This document shows positions 38,842 to 49,978 of a stretch of DNA of 64,000 nt, in pieces. Location of the stretch: IMG/VR virus record IMGVR_UViG_3300008119_000006. The stretch is one strand, 5' to 3'. This stretch comes from a virus. A model generated the notes under the pieces. The model saw nothing but the letters and a program-made list of their open reading frames with translations. It was not told the DNA's origin and did not search any database. Position numbers and translations under genes: made by a program. Every line of letters begins with the position of its first letter. The stretch's first letter is position 1.

Positions 38842-39279
38842 TTAGTTGATTCCTAGGTGATGTTCAGTAAGAATTTTAAACTCCCAACCACGGTCAGCAC
38901 AGAATTCTTCAGCCGCCTTCCATTTGGCTTGGTTCACCCCCCACGCCACCACTTCGTTTATGTATTGTTTAGTGATACGTTTTTTTTGTTGTGGTTCTTT
39001 GGTTTGTTTGTCTGGTTTAACTTCAATCATCATTGTTTTGAATTTATTGTCTTTGGTTCTTACTTTAGCAATAAAGTCTGGAAAGTAACGGTGCCATTTG
39101 CCATCAACAGGAGATTTGTAAGGAACAATGAGTTCTTCTGATTGCCATGATATAACATCGGAATTACGGTCAAGCCAATCCATCACCTTTACTTCCCATG
39201 AAGAACGGTAGATGATGTTGGTGTGGTCTCCAACATATTTTTGAGGGTATTTTGGTGTGAATCGTCCTGAATAAGCCAT
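38842..39279 (-). CDS. gp4: head completion nuclease gp4
   Basis: MAYSG.F.P..P.KY.GD...I.YRSSWE, YFPDF, EVKP, NQAKW.AA. Confidence 0.93.
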   Translation of the reverse strand: MAYSGRFTPKYPQKYVGDHTNIIYRSSWEVKVMDWLDRNSDVISWQSEELIVPYKSPVDGKWHRYFPDFIAKVRTKDNKFKTMMIEVKPDKQTKEPQQKKRITKQYINEVVAWGVNQAKWKAAEEFCADRGWEFKILTEHHLGIN

Positions 39280-39286
39280 ATAAATA
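39279..39286 (+). promoter_or_regulatory. T4 late promoter
   Basis: Perfect TATAAATA upstream of gp48. Confidence 0.8.
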
Positions 39287-39317
39287 CTATGTATATTTCA
39301 ATTTAAAGAGTTAATCA

Positions 39318-40475
39318 ATGGCCGTAATCTCCATACCAACATCAGTCGCTGGCGTTTCTCTACCTGGCCCCCTAGGTCAAATTGCTAAAGGTCCACTTGC
39401 CGCTTTGTATGGTGGCAAAGGAGTACAAACCTTAAAGTATCCTTCTGACCTTGCTACTGATGCCACTAAAAATCATTATGTACAATTTTCAATTAAAGAA
39501 GTTATACCCGCTGGGTATTCAACAACAGGACCAACAACTCCTGGCCAAAGCATCAATCTTAATGGTATTGCTCAGGCAACAGGAGCTATTGGTGAAGCAA
39601 TAAGTAATGGAATTAAAAGTGCCGCTAGTGGTTCTTCTGAAACTACACAAGAATTAATTGGACGAGCCACAGAGGGAATTGGTGATGGTTATAAAAAAAT
39701 TGGTGAATATATTCCCACCTCATTACAAATTTCACCCACAACAACACAAGCGAAAGCATATATTTCTTTATATATGCCAGATACATTAATGGCACAGTAT
39801 TCAGCCGACTGGCAAGAAATGAGTTTAGGTGATATGGGCACAGGAATATCTACATTAAGGATGATTGACCAATTAGCCACTAATGCAGGACAACAAGGAA
39901 CTTTTACCTCTGGAGATTTAGGAAAAAGTTTAGGTAATTTAGCATCAACAGATCCAGCAGTTACAGCAACAGTTGCAAACTTATTGGGTGCGAGTGGTAT
40001 TGGTAGTAATTTAATTGATGCTAAAGTGATTGGTGACGTTATATTAAAAGGCCAAGGTTATGCAATTAACCCACAATTGCAGATGATTTTTAGAGGTGTT
40101 GGTTTTCGTAGTTTTCAATTATCTTTTATGTTTACTCCAAAATCTTTGGAAGAATCTACTGAAGTTGACGATATTATTAAAACATTTAAATATCATTTTT
40201 CGCCTGGATTTGAAGCCGGCAAAACCGATTCAACACAAAGTATGTTTTTGACTTCGCCTTCAATATTTAATGTACAATTCAAAATTGGCCAAAACGAAAA
40301 TCAGTATACACCAAAATATGGTGATTGTGTTTTAACTGATATTGACGTTAATTATGCACCAAATGGTTTTGCTGTACATGAAAACGGTGCGCCAGTACAA
40401 ACAACACTCAATTTAACATTTAAAGAAATTGTTATTGTTGATAGAGATAAAATTGCTAAAGGAACTTTAAGATAA
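39318..40475 (+). CDS. gp48: baseplate tail tube cap gp48
   Basis: LKYP, ISLYMP, NP.....F.G...RSF...F.F.PKS..E, VNYAP, L.L.F.E. Confidence 0.85.
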   Translation: MAVISIPTSVAGVSLPGPLGQIAKGPLAALYGGKGVQTLKYPSDLATDATKNHYVQFSIKEVIPAGYSTTGPTTPGQSINLNGIAQATGAIGEAISNGIKSAASGSSETTQELIGRATEGIGDGYKKIGEYIPTSLQISPTTTQAKAYISLYMPDTLMAQYSADWQEMSLGDMGTGISTLRMIDQLATNAGQQGTFTSGDLGKSLGNLASTDPAVTATVANLLGASGIGSNLIDAKVIGDVILKGQGYAINPQLQMIFRGVGFRSFQLSFMFTPKSLEESTEVDDIIKTFKYHFSPGFEAGKTDSTQSMFLTSPSIFNVQFKIGQNENQYTPKYGDCVLTDIDVNYAPNGFAVHENGAPVQTTLNLTFKEIVIVDRDKIAKGTLR

Positions 40476-40841
40476 TGTTATATTTTAATACCTTACCAAA
40501 AATTCTAACTAACGACAATAAAAATAATGCTATTGTTTTAACTAATCTTTTGGCAAGAGCGGAACTTGTACAAAATTTAATGACAAACCCTCTAATGTTT
40601 TATGAATATAATATACAAGATGGTGATACACCAGACATTGTTGCTTCCAAATATTATGGCGATTCATATCGTTATTGGTTGGTTTTGTTTTCAAATCAAA
40701 TATTAGATCCTTACAAAAGAGGCTGTTAACATATATGATTGGGAAGTTGAACAAAATGAATCAAAAAGAACTATTAAATTAATAAATGCAATTTATGCAC
40801 CGCAATTTGAAAGTCAACTTAAATCATTAATGGGTACATAA
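40475..40841 (+). pseudogene. gp53: baseplate wedge gp53, interrupted as assembled (internal deletion and frameshift near 40711)
   Basis: N-part 'YF...P...Y.IQDGDTPD.VA.KYYGD....WLVL..NQI.DP' ends early; C-part 'AVNIYDWEVEQNESKRTIKLI...LKSLM' is in another frame up to TAA 40841. Confidence 0.75.
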
Positions 40842-40842
40842 A

Positions 40843-42216
40843 GTGGCGGACATATCTTCTTCAGCACCAACGCCAGCTGGTGTATCTTATCCAAAAGACT
40901 ATGCGTTAATAAATCTTACCTTACTATCAGCATCCAATAGTATGGACATGAAAAATTTATTGACCGAATTATCATATCAAGAAGATTTGTTTAATAATAC
41001 AGCGTCAGGTTATCTGATGGTTGTTGATTCTATGGGTTACATTGAAACATTAAACCTTACCGGTAATGAATATCTGCGGATGACATTTGGTAAAACCAAT
41101 CAAAATTCTAACTGGATTGATAAAATATTCCGTGTTTATAAAGTAGACAAAAGGCGACCAGAAGGTAAAGGCGATACAGAATCTTATTCTTTGTATTTTT
41201 GTTCTGAAGAAATGTTATTGTCTGAACAATATAAAGTAAGTAAATCATATCGTGCCAAATCTATTTCAGATAATGTTATTGATATTTTAGAAAATTATTT
41301 AAAAGTACCAAACAAAAAAATTGCTCAAATTGATTCAACCTATGGCATATATGATTTTGTTATACCAACAATAAAACCATTTGATGCAATTAATTATATG
41401 GCGGGGTATGCCAGACCACAACCAGACAAACCTGGTGCTGATATGTTGTTTTATGAAAATAAGTTTGGTTTTAATTTTAGGTCAATTCAATCTATGATGA
41501 AAGAACCTGTTTTTTATAATTACAGTTATGATCCAAAAAATATAGATAATGCCACATATGATTTAAATAAACGAATACATAATGTTACGACATATGAAAT
41601 TTTAAATTCTTACGATTCATTGGGAGCAATTAATTCTGGTATATTTGCCAATAAATTAATATCTGTGGATCCAGTCACAAGACGTTATAAAGAAACTAAC
41701 TTTGATTATGCTGGTTATATTCAGGAAGCCACGATGTTAAACGAACATCCAATCACCAATACATTTAAAAATAGATTTGGTGAAGGAGTTAACCAAACTC
41801 CAGAAGCAGTAACAAAATTAATATTCTCAAATTTTGAACAAAATTTAGTACCTTACATTGCTGAGCAAGGACCTGATTCTGTTGGTAAAGACATTTATGC
41901 TGAAACTTACATACCATATAGAACAGCACAGTTAGCATTGGCAAATTATACAAGAGTTAAAATTTCTGTACCTGGAGATCCTGGTCTTACTATTGGTACA
42001 AACCTTAACTTGTCTTTATTATCTAAAAATCCTAACAACAAAGAACCTGATCCGTTTTATTCAGGAAAATATTTAATTACAGCAGTTCGTCACATGATTA
42101 CAATGAATGAATACAAAACTGTGCTTGAAATTACAAAAGAAAGCACAACTAAACAATATGCTTCACCAGATAACAATTCTGCTCTGTGGCAGAATACGGT
42201 TAAAGGAATTGCATAA
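40843..42216 (+). CDS. baseplate hub protein (gp27-like)
   Basis: Position between gp53 and gp5; 'EDLF...SG', 'LFYEN..GFNFRSI', 'VPGD..L..G', 'SGKYLITAVRH'. Confidence 0.7.
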   Translation: MADISSSAPTPAGVSYPKDYALINLTLLSASNSMDMKNLLTELSYQEDLFNNTASGYLMVVDSMGYIETLNLTGNEYLRMTFGKTNQNSNWIDKIFRVYKVDKRRPEGKGDTESYSLYFCSEEMLLSEQYKVSKSYRAKSISDNVIDILENYLKVPNKKIAQIDSTYGIYDFVIPTIKPFDAINYMAGYARPQPDKPGADMLFYENKFGFNFRSIQSMMKEPVFYNYSYDPKNIDNATYDLNKRIHNVTTYEILNSYDSLGAINSGIFANKLISVDPVTRRYKETNFDYAGYIQEATMLNEHPITNTFKNRFGEGVNQTPEAVTKLIFSNFEQNLVPYIAEQGPDSVGKDIYAETYIPYRTAQLALANYTRVKISVPGDPGLTIGTNLNLSLLSKNPNNKEPDPFYSGKYLITAVRHMITMNEYKTVLEITKESTTKQYASPDNNSALWQNTVKGIA

Positions 42217-42521
42217 TGTCTAAAATGATTAACAACTTTGCCGGCCTAAATGGTTTTGTTTGGTGGGTTGGAGAAGTAGAAAATAGAATTGATCCGTTAG
42301 GATTGGGTCGTTGTCAAGTTCGTATCTTTGGTTGGCATACACAAAATAAAGAATTAATTCCATCTGAAGATTTACCTTTTGCGCATCCGTTATACCCAAT
42401 AAATAATTCGAAATCGTTTTCTGCACCAATGGTAGGAGATTGGGTTGTTGGATTCTTTATGGATGGAGAATCAGGACAATTTCCTATAATGTTTGGTGTA
42501 ATGCCTGGACTTAAACAATAG
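42216..42521 (+). CDS. gp5: gp5 N-terminal OB-fold domain as a stand-alone gene
   Basis: WWVGEVENR.DP..LGRCQVRIFG.H...LPFA...GDWVVGFFMDG...QFP. Confidence 0.88.
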   Translation: MSKMINNFAGLNGFVWWVGEVENRIDPLGLGRCQVRIFGWHTQNKELIPSEDLPFAHPLYPINNSKSFSAPMVGDWVVGFFMDGESGQFPIMFGVMPGLKQ

Positions 42522-42529
42522 GAATTAAA

Positions 42530-43213
42530 ATGAAACCAAATCTTGGAACTGCCGAAAATCCACCTTTTAGTCCTTATACAGGAATATTCAATACTGCTGG
42601 ACAACCTACCACTCCCGCCCTCGGTATAGGGCAGGTTGCCAATACTGCTATTAGCTTTACCAATAGTACATTATCACACAATTGTGATTTTAGTTTGGAT
42701 ATTATTAAAAATAATGCATTAAAAAGATTTTTAAATTCTCAAGCAATTAATATTAGAAATGCGATTCGTGACGTAATGAGAGCGTTAGGTTTTTCTGATG
42801 CAACAGGAGAAAGTCAATGGTTGTATAATAAACTTAAATCAATCACTAAAGAGTTAAAGTATATACAAAAAAATATAATACAACCTATTCTTGATTTTGA
42901 AGCTCTTGTTGTTCAATATATTAAAAAAATACAAGACATGATTGCTTATATTTTAAGTTTGCCTGGAAGATTGTTAGCTATGTTACAGGATTGTTTAAAA
43001 AATCTTTATGCTGCAGTAGGTAATGCTCTAACTGATATTACTGGTGGTGCAAGTGGTGGGTTTGGTGATGAACTTAAAGCTGCCAAAGAGGCCGCACAAA
43101 CATTTAATCAGACCGTTTCTATGGCTGCCACAGCGGCCGCTGGTGCCGTAGCAATTTCTAGTGCAGTTACTCAATTACCCAATGTTGCAACGCAGTTTAA
43201 AAAAGGTATATAA
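42530..43213 (+). CDS. hypothetical helical protein between the gp5 halves
   Basis: AGGA RBS; packed between the gp5 fragments. Confidence 0.7.
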   Translation: MKPNLGTAENPPFSPYTGIFNTAGQPTTPALGIGQVANTAISFTNSTLSHNCDFSLDIIKNNALKRFLNSQAINIRNAIRDVMRALGFSDATGESQWLYNKLKSITKELKYIQKNIIQPILDFEALVVQYIKKIQDMIAYILSLPGRLLAMLQDCLKNLYAAVGNALTDITGGASGGFGDELKAAKEAAQTFNQTVSMAATAAAGAVAISSAVTQLPNVATQFKKGI

Positions 43214-43983
43214 TGGATAATCCGTCATCTGTTTTATGGACACAACCTGAATCAGCAGCTAATGCAGACACTCAGCCAGAATATCCATATAACAATATAC
43301 AACAAAGTGAATCTGGTCATTCGTTTGAGATGGATGACACACCAACCCGTGAGAGGGTTCGTTTATCTCATCGTTCAGGCACTTTTATTGAAATGCAGCC
43401 TAATGGCGATGAGGTACACAAAGTATATGGTACTGGTTATGAAATTACGGTTAAAGGTAAAAATGTAGAAATTAATGGTACTTGTAACATTACCATTAAT
43501 GGCGATTCAAACATCCATGTTTTAGGTAATAAGAGTGAAAAGATTGATGGCAACTATAATCTTCAAGTGGTGGGTGACATGGTTGCCAGAGCTGCAGGAA
43601 CCAATGGTATGCAGTTAATCTCGGATAACGATATGAGTATTCAATCTTCTTCAAGTTCGACTGGTGCGATGTACCTGTCTGCTGGAGACCATATATACAT
43701 AGCGTCAGACTTGGAAGTTGGAGGTTCAGTTTCGGCTGACGTTGTTTCTGCCGAATCCAGAGTTAATGCTGGTGTGGGAGTATATGCTGGTATTAATGGA
43801 ATGTATTCTCAAGGCCCAATAACTTCTTTGGTATTGGTACAATCACCACTTGGTGAATTTGGTATTATGGAGGCCACTTTGATGACTGATACTATTAATA
43901 GTAACATCTATAATACTCATGTGCATATTGGTAATAGAGGATTTCCAACCAGTAAACCTTTGACCGGTTTCTTCGGAGTTTAA
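43213..43983 (+). CDS. gp5: gp5 C-terminal needle (beta-helix) protein
   Basis: YPYN....SESGH.FE.DDTP..ER....HRSGTF.E, V/I-x-G-D/N repeats, terminal HVH. Confidence 0.85.
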   Translation: MDNPSSVLWTQPESAANADTQPEYPYNNIQQSESGHSFEMDDTPTRERVRLSHRSGTFIEMQPNGDEVHKVYGTGYEITVKGKNVEINGTCNITINGDSNIHVLGNKSEKIDGNYNLQVVGDMVARAAGTNGMQLISDNDMSIQSSSSSTGAMYLSAGDHIYIASDLEVGGSVSADVVSAESRVNAGVGVYAGINGMYSQGPITSLVLVQSPLGEFGIMEATLMTDTINSNIYNTHVHIGNRGFPTSKPLTGFFGV

Positions 43984-43985
43984 TT

Positions 43986-44801
43986 ATGTCAACAGTTAAT
44001 AATGCAACAGGGGTATATGCAACACTAGGTTATAGTTTTAGTGACCCGAATGGTTATGTGGAACCACTTTCAACTGATGCTGTTAATCATTTAGAAAAGC
44101 AACCTGCTTTTATTCAAACATGGCAAGCACAAGATATTGCAAATAATGCTGTGAGTGGTTATTTTCAAAATCCTGTATTAACTTATGTAAATACAATTCT
44201 TACAACCGCCAATACAATTGCGGCCAATATTGCTGTGTCCAATTGTGCGGCTTTAGCAACTGCGCAAACGGCGTGTAGAACTTTGTCTACGACATCGGTA
44301 GCTTTTAATGCTCACACTAATAGATTGTCTGGAATAACTCCGTTTAATGGTGAAGATGTAACCAACCCCTATTATGAAACAGCAATTTCTTTTGGAAAAA
44401 CAGCACTATATATCACCAATCAAACGGATAACATAACCAATACATCACCTATCTTGGGTAGTTTTGGTAGTATTTTGATTGGACCGCAAATTAGTAATCA
44501 ATCCAACACAATTTACCCATACATTGCTTTGATTGCCAATAGTATTAGTGGTGATCCTGAGGTTGGTCAAAACACATCATTAACAGCGGCACAAATTAAC
44601 CAGATTGTATCGGACATATCAAATACCAACACTTTACTGTCATCTCAGAGAAGTGCAGACGTAGCATTTTATGGTAACTTAAAAACATTTTCCGACAAGT
44701 ATAACACAGTAAGACAATTTTCAAGTATGGGCGAAACTCAAACTTATCTGTGTAACAACTTTATTGGCACCGACAAGTTAATTACACGAATTAATTCATA
44801 G
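43986..44801 (+). CDS. hypothetical virion protein
   Basis: Within the structural operon; Asn/Thr-rich. Confidence 0.65.
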   Translation: MSTVNNATGVYATLGYSFSDPNGYVEPLSTDAVNHLEKQPAFIQTWQAQDIANNAVSGYFQNPVLTYVNTILTTANTIAANIAVSNCAALATAQTACRTLSTTSVAFNAHTNRLSGITPFNGEDVTNPYYETAISFGKTALYITNQTDNITNTSPILGSFGSILIGPQISNQSNTIYPYIALIANSISGDPEVGQNTSLTAAQINQIVSDISNTNTLLSSQRSADVAFYGNLKTFSDKYNTVRQFSSMGETQTYLCNNFIGTDKLITRINS

Positions 44802-44820
44802 GAAGCATCATAAATAATAA

Positions 44821-45213
44821 ATGGCAACACTAACCAATCTTTATTCCGATTTAGACTTCACATTTAACCTTGTTCCTGGTTCGAAAGATGTTGCTCGAAG
44901 CTTTGATGACCAAGCGGTTATTCGTTCGGTTCGTAATCTTTTATTGACCAATTTCTATGAAAGACCGTTTCAACCAGATATTGGTGGAAATATCGACAAA
45001 CTTTTATTTGAACCGGCCACCACTTTGACGGCCAGTTTAATTAAAACCGAAATTGAAAATGTTATAACAAATTATGAACCTAGAGTACAAATAGAAGATA
45101 TTACGGTTACCGGTAATATTGATGAAAACTCATTTACGATTAATCTAACATTTTACATAGGAAATAATACCTTGCCAACATCGGTAAATATACTTCTTGA
45201 AAGGTCCAGATAA
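44821..45213 (+). CDS. gp25: baseplate wedge subunit gp25
   Basis: YSDLD..F, RSVRNLLLT..YERPFQP..G, YEPRV; CATAAATA late element at 44809. Confidence 0.93.
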   Translation: MATLTNLYSDLDFTFNLVPGSKDVARSFDDQAVIRSVRNLLLTNFYERPFQPDIGGNIDKLLFEPATTLTASLIKTEIENVITNYEPRVQIEDITVTGNIDENSFTINLTFYIGNNTLPTSVNILLERSR

Positions 45214-47288
45214 TGGCATCTTCAAACAACAATATACAATTAACTGAATTAGATTTCAGTAATATCAAAAACAATTTTATTGCTTATTTGCAATCACAAG
45301 ATGCCTTTAAAGATTATAACTTTCAAGGTTCTGCCATGTCTGTTCTTTTGGACATTTTGGCATATAATACACAATACAATGCTTATTATTTAAACATGGT
45401 AGCCAACGAGATGTTTTTGGATTCTGCCTTACAAAGAAGCTCGGTTGTTTCCCATGCAAAATTATTAAACTACACTCCAAAATCTTCTATTGCACCAACA
45501 GCATATATCAATGTTGCGTTTACTGGTGTTACATCTAGTTCTTTTACTTTGCCACGTTATAGTAATTTTATATCCGAATCAGTACAAGGCGTAAATTATA
45601 ATTTTGTTTCTACTGACGCAACGACTGTTGCAACTTCTGGTGGTACTGCCAATTTTACCAATTTACAAATTAAACAAGGCATTCCAGCAGCATACACCTA
45701 TACAGTCGATTCAACAATCAATCCAAAATATGTTTTTGAAATTCCTGATTCAAAAATTGATACAACATCAATTCAAGTTACTGTACAAGAAAATTCATCA
45801 AATAACTCTTATACAACTTATCAACCTGCCGGTAGTTTTTTAACTTTAACACCAACTGACCAAGTATACTTCTTGCAAGAATCACTAAATGGCAATTATC
45901 AAATTAGTTTTGGTGATGGTGTATTGGGTTATGAATTACAAGACGGAAATATTGTTGTGGTGACCTACATTTCAACTGATGGTACGTTGGCTACAGGTGC
46001 GAATAGTTTTGTTTTGATGGATAATATTGGAGGATTTACAAGTTCTTCTGTAACAGGAGTTATTCCTGCATCGCAAGGTGGCGACAAAGAGTCCATCGAT
46101 TCAATTAAATTTCAAGCACCTAAAGCTTATGCAGCACAAAATCGTGCGGTAACTAAAGAAGATTATATTACTGCTATTCAGCAAAACAATTTAGGTTTTG
46201 CTTTTGATTCTGTTTCTGTATGGGGCGGACAAGAAAATGAATCGCCAGTTTTTGGCCAAGTGTTTATCTCCATGAAGCCAGAAGGTTCTTTTCTTTTAAA
46301 TGATGCCCAAAAACAAAGCATTATTACTAATATTATAGACCCAATTAGTGTATTAACAGTAACTCCTACTATTGTAGATCCAGATTTTACTTTTATAAAT
46401 GTTTCTGTTAATGTTATTTACAATCCAAATAAAACAACAAAAACAGCGTTACAAATAGAAAATGGTGTAAAAGCAGCAATTGTAGCTTTTGCAAATACTT
46501 CCTTAAATACTTTTAATTCAACATTTAATGGATACGATTTATTGAATGCTGTTCAAAGTTATGACCCTTCAATTGTTAATAGTGAATATTCTTTAAAATT
46601 ACAAAAAAGAATACTTCCGAGTTTAACCGATTCATCAACATATAATTTATACTATAATACTCCATTGCAAAAAGGTGTTTTATTAAGCGGCGTTTCTAGT
46701 TCTCCTGGTCTACAATTTGTTAATCCAGCAAACACAGAAAACATTATTGATGGCGTATTTTATGAAGAAGTGCCAGCAACAACCTATGGTGTTGATACTA
46801 TATCTGTATTGAATCCAGGATATGGTTATCAATCTGCACCAATTATTACTATTTTAGGTGATGGACAAGGTGCAACGGCTCATGCGGAAATTGCTGGCGG
46901 AACAATACAAAAAATTGTTGTAGATACTTCAGGTAACAATTATACTACTGCTATTGCAACAATCACTCCAGTCAACGGCGACACAACAGGTCAATTAGGT
47001 GCAGTTGTTGTTAACCTACAAGGACGTTTTGGTACATTAAGAACATATTATAATAATGTCACAAATGTTAAAACTGTACTTAATAATAATGCAGGAACAA
47101 TTGATTATTCAAAAGGTATTATTTCGTTAGTATCTCTTGCGCCAGTTGATGTTAACAATGATTTAGGTGAACTTTCTGTTGATGCGACACCAGTATCGTC
47201 TTTAATATCTTCTTCGTACAATACCATTTTAACATTGGATAGCAGTAGTCCTACAGCAATTACCGTAAATGTTATTGCTCAAAGTTAA
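45213..47288 (+). CDS. gp6: baseplate wedge subunit gp6
   Basis: LDF..IK......L, DYNFQGS, LLDILAYNT.YNA, FLDSA..RSSVVSHAK, FGDG, QNRAVT.EDY. Confidence 0.94.
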   Translation: MASSNNNIQLTELDFSNIKNNFIAYLQSQDAFKDYNFQGSAMSVLLDILAYNTQYNAYYLNMVANEMFLDSALQRSSVVSHAKLLNYTPKSSIAPTAYINVAFTGVTSSSFTLPRYSNFISESVQGVNYNFVSTDATTVATSGGTANFTNLQIKQGIPAAYTYTVDSTINPKYVFEIPDSKIDTTSIQVTVQENSSNNSYTTYQPAGSFLTLTPTDQVYFLQESLNGNYQISFGDGVLGYELQDGNIVVVTYISTDGTLATGANSFVLMDNIGGFTSSSVTGVIPASQGGDKESIDSIKFQAPKAYAAQNRAVTKEDYITAIQQNNLGFAFDSVSVWGGQENESPVFGQVFISMKPEGSFLLNDAQKQSIITNIIDPISVLTVTPTIVDPDFTFINVSVNVIYNPNKTTKTALQIENGVKAAIVAFANTSLNTFNSTFNGYDLLNAVQSYDPSIVNSEYSLKLQKRILPSLTDSSTYNLYYNTPLQKGVLLSGVSSSPGLQFVNPANTENIIDGVFYEEVPATTYGVDTISVLNPGYGYQSAPIITILGDGQGATAHAEIAGGTIQKIVVDTSGNNYTTAIATITPVNGDTTGQLGAVVVNLQGRFGTLRTYYNNVTNVKTVLNNNAGTIDYSKGIISLVSLAPVDVNNDLGELSVDATPVSSLISSSYNTILTLDSSSPTAITVNVIAQS

Positions 47289-47291
47289 TAA

Positions 47292-49974
47292 ATGATTCCA
47301 AATAATCAAAAAACATCTTTATTAATACCTCAACAATTACCCGCATTTATTCGGGAAGATTCGTCATACGCCAACTTTCTTGCTTTCTTAGAAGCATACT
47401 ATGAATGGTTGGAACAAACCAATAATGTTACAGACCGTTCAAAAAATATATTAAATTATGCTGATATTGATAACACAACAGAAGAATTTATTAATTATTT
47501 TACTGAAGAATATCTTTCATATTTTCCTCAAGAAATACTTGCAAATAAACCTGCAGTTATTAAAATAGCAAAACAGTTATACCAATCAAAAGGAACTACT
47601 GCATCATACAAATTTCTTTTTAGAATTCTTTTTAATTCTGATGTTGATTTCTTTTTCACAAAAGACGCTGTATTAAAAGCATCTTCTGGTGTTTGGTATG
47701 TGGCTAAAAATCTTAATGTTGATACCTCAGACCAAAACTGGTTATTACTTAATAATTTACCGTCAGGCAGTCTAAGGGTGTTTGGAGAAACAACCAAATC
47801 ATTTGCAACAATTGAAAATGTAATATTTACTGGCACAAAAATGCAAGTTTATATTTCTAATCCAGTAAGACAATTTAGTTCTGGTGAATTTGTTCGTGTT
47901 GTAGATTCAAATAATAAAGATTATATTATTAATATAAATGGGGCAAATTACATACTTAGAGGTCCAATTGTTGGCCAAGTTAACCAAATAATTATTGATC
48001 CAAACAACCAAGGATTATTATATCAACCTGGAGATCCTTTAGTTTTTTATGGCGGGTTAGATCCAGGATCAACTGATAGTGCTGCAGCAGAAGTTGCTAC
48101 AACATCAAAAGGTTCATTTGCTTCTATCGGTCTTGTTAACGGTGGTTATGGTTACAGATTTAGTCCTAATACAGTAATTACCGTAAATGCAGATGCTCAA
48201 GTATTACCTAATGCAGTAGTTGGAACTGTTAATGCGGATCCAAGCCAACAAGCAAATGTATATTTTGTGCCAACAGATATTATTGCTACTGTAGCTAATT
48301 CATATATTGGAAATACTGCGGCAGGTTTTGGACCTCCACCATTAGGAAATAGTGTTTATAATTTTTCTATTAATCAAAGTGCTAACGCAAATACAACTCT
48401 AGCTAATGCATTTAGCTTTATAGAATTTACCACTTTTCCTATATCTTCGGTTTTATTAACATCTTCAGGTACAGGAATTTCAACTGTAAGAGAAATTTTT
48501 GCTTCGTCATATTATCCAGTTCAAAGTGGCGGCCAAGGAAATTTGGCCAATTTAGGTATTCTTGCACCTATTCAAATTCAAAGTGGTGGCCAAGGGTATC
48601 GTGCAAATGACCAAATTGTATTTACTGGTGGATCCGGTTACGGAGCTCTTGCAAACGTAGCTTCAGTTAATATTGCAAACGGAAATACAATCAGTTACTA
48701 TTACGGATCCTGGACAAGATTATAGTTCAACACCAAATATTTCATTGGCGGTACAAGACCTTTCAGTAGTTGTACCATCTACATTATTTTTACCAAATAA
48801 AGGTGATATTTTATTTCAAGGATCCAGTTTTGCGGCCGCTACTTATACGGCAACAGTAGATTCTTATTCCATTTTGTCCTTTAGTGGTAATTCTTCTCAA
48901 ATAATTTACAATGTTCGAGTTTATAATTACTCGTCTAAACCAATTTATGATTTGCCTTTAAAATTAAATTCAAACAATCAACAATTTATAACACTAACAA
49001 ATTCATATAATACAATTAATACTGCTAGTAGATATGATTCTGGTGGTGTTTTAACATACGGTGATGGTACTGCTAAAGCTACCGCAGTTTTTGTAAACGG
49101 TTTAAATAGTAGTTCTGGCCAATATTTAAATACTCAAGGTCAACCAAGCGGATTTTCAGTTTTACAAAATCAAGAATATAATAATTTTACTTACCAACTT
49201 ACGTCAGGTGTAGAAATTGCCAAGTATCGTAAAGTACTATTGGATTTATTACATCCAACAGGTTTAAAAGTTCTTGGAAGATATACAATTGAATCGTTGG
49301 CCGAAACTGATTTTTCAACTTCTACTGGTTTTCATTCAGGATTCCCGTTGGCCTATTATACTGGTGCGCCATCGTTTGCCACAATGGTTGCAAACACTAG
49401 CTACCCAAGTACCAATACCGTTGCTTTCACCTTTTTATATGGTGCAAACTTACAACAAATTCTGGCAGTTGGCAACGAACTTTTAATGACCACCGCCAAC
49501 GGTTTTGCAATTCAGTCTGAAATTGAATCGGTTAATGTGAGTTCTAATACAGTTACTTTGGTGGATCATTCTTGGTTATCATTTGCGAATGTTGCTTATG
49601 TAACCGCAAATGCTGGAAGTAATCGAATAAATATATCATCATTGACTGGTTCTTACAATATTGTAAATAATGGTACTTATAGTAATCCGACACAACCATT
49701 AAGGGATATTGTATTTACTGGTGATACTGTTGTAATTTCAAACAATTCAGTTAGAACAGTATCCAATGTTGATTACCAGAATAATGTTGTTTATTTGACC
49801 AGTAATTTGTCGGCATACGCAAATTCTGGTTCGTTAATGACGGTCAATCGAACATTTGTTACAAGTAATGTCTATGATTTTGGTGCAGTAGGAGTTCAAT
49901 ATTTCCCTGTAATTACTACTGACGATGGAAATATAATTATAACGGAGAATGGTTTAGAAATTCTATTAGGTTAA
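47292..49974 (+). CDS. gp7: baseplate wedge initiator gp7-like, split by a +1 frameshift near 48685 (ORFs 47292-48725 and 48673-49974)
   Basis: N-terminal 'QLPAFIRE...FLEAYYEWLE...YQSKGT..SY.FLFR.LF'; C-terminal 'LQ...YNNFTY...Y......LLHPTG'; lies between gp6 and gp8. Confidence 0.75.
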
Positions 49975-49978
49975 AAAA

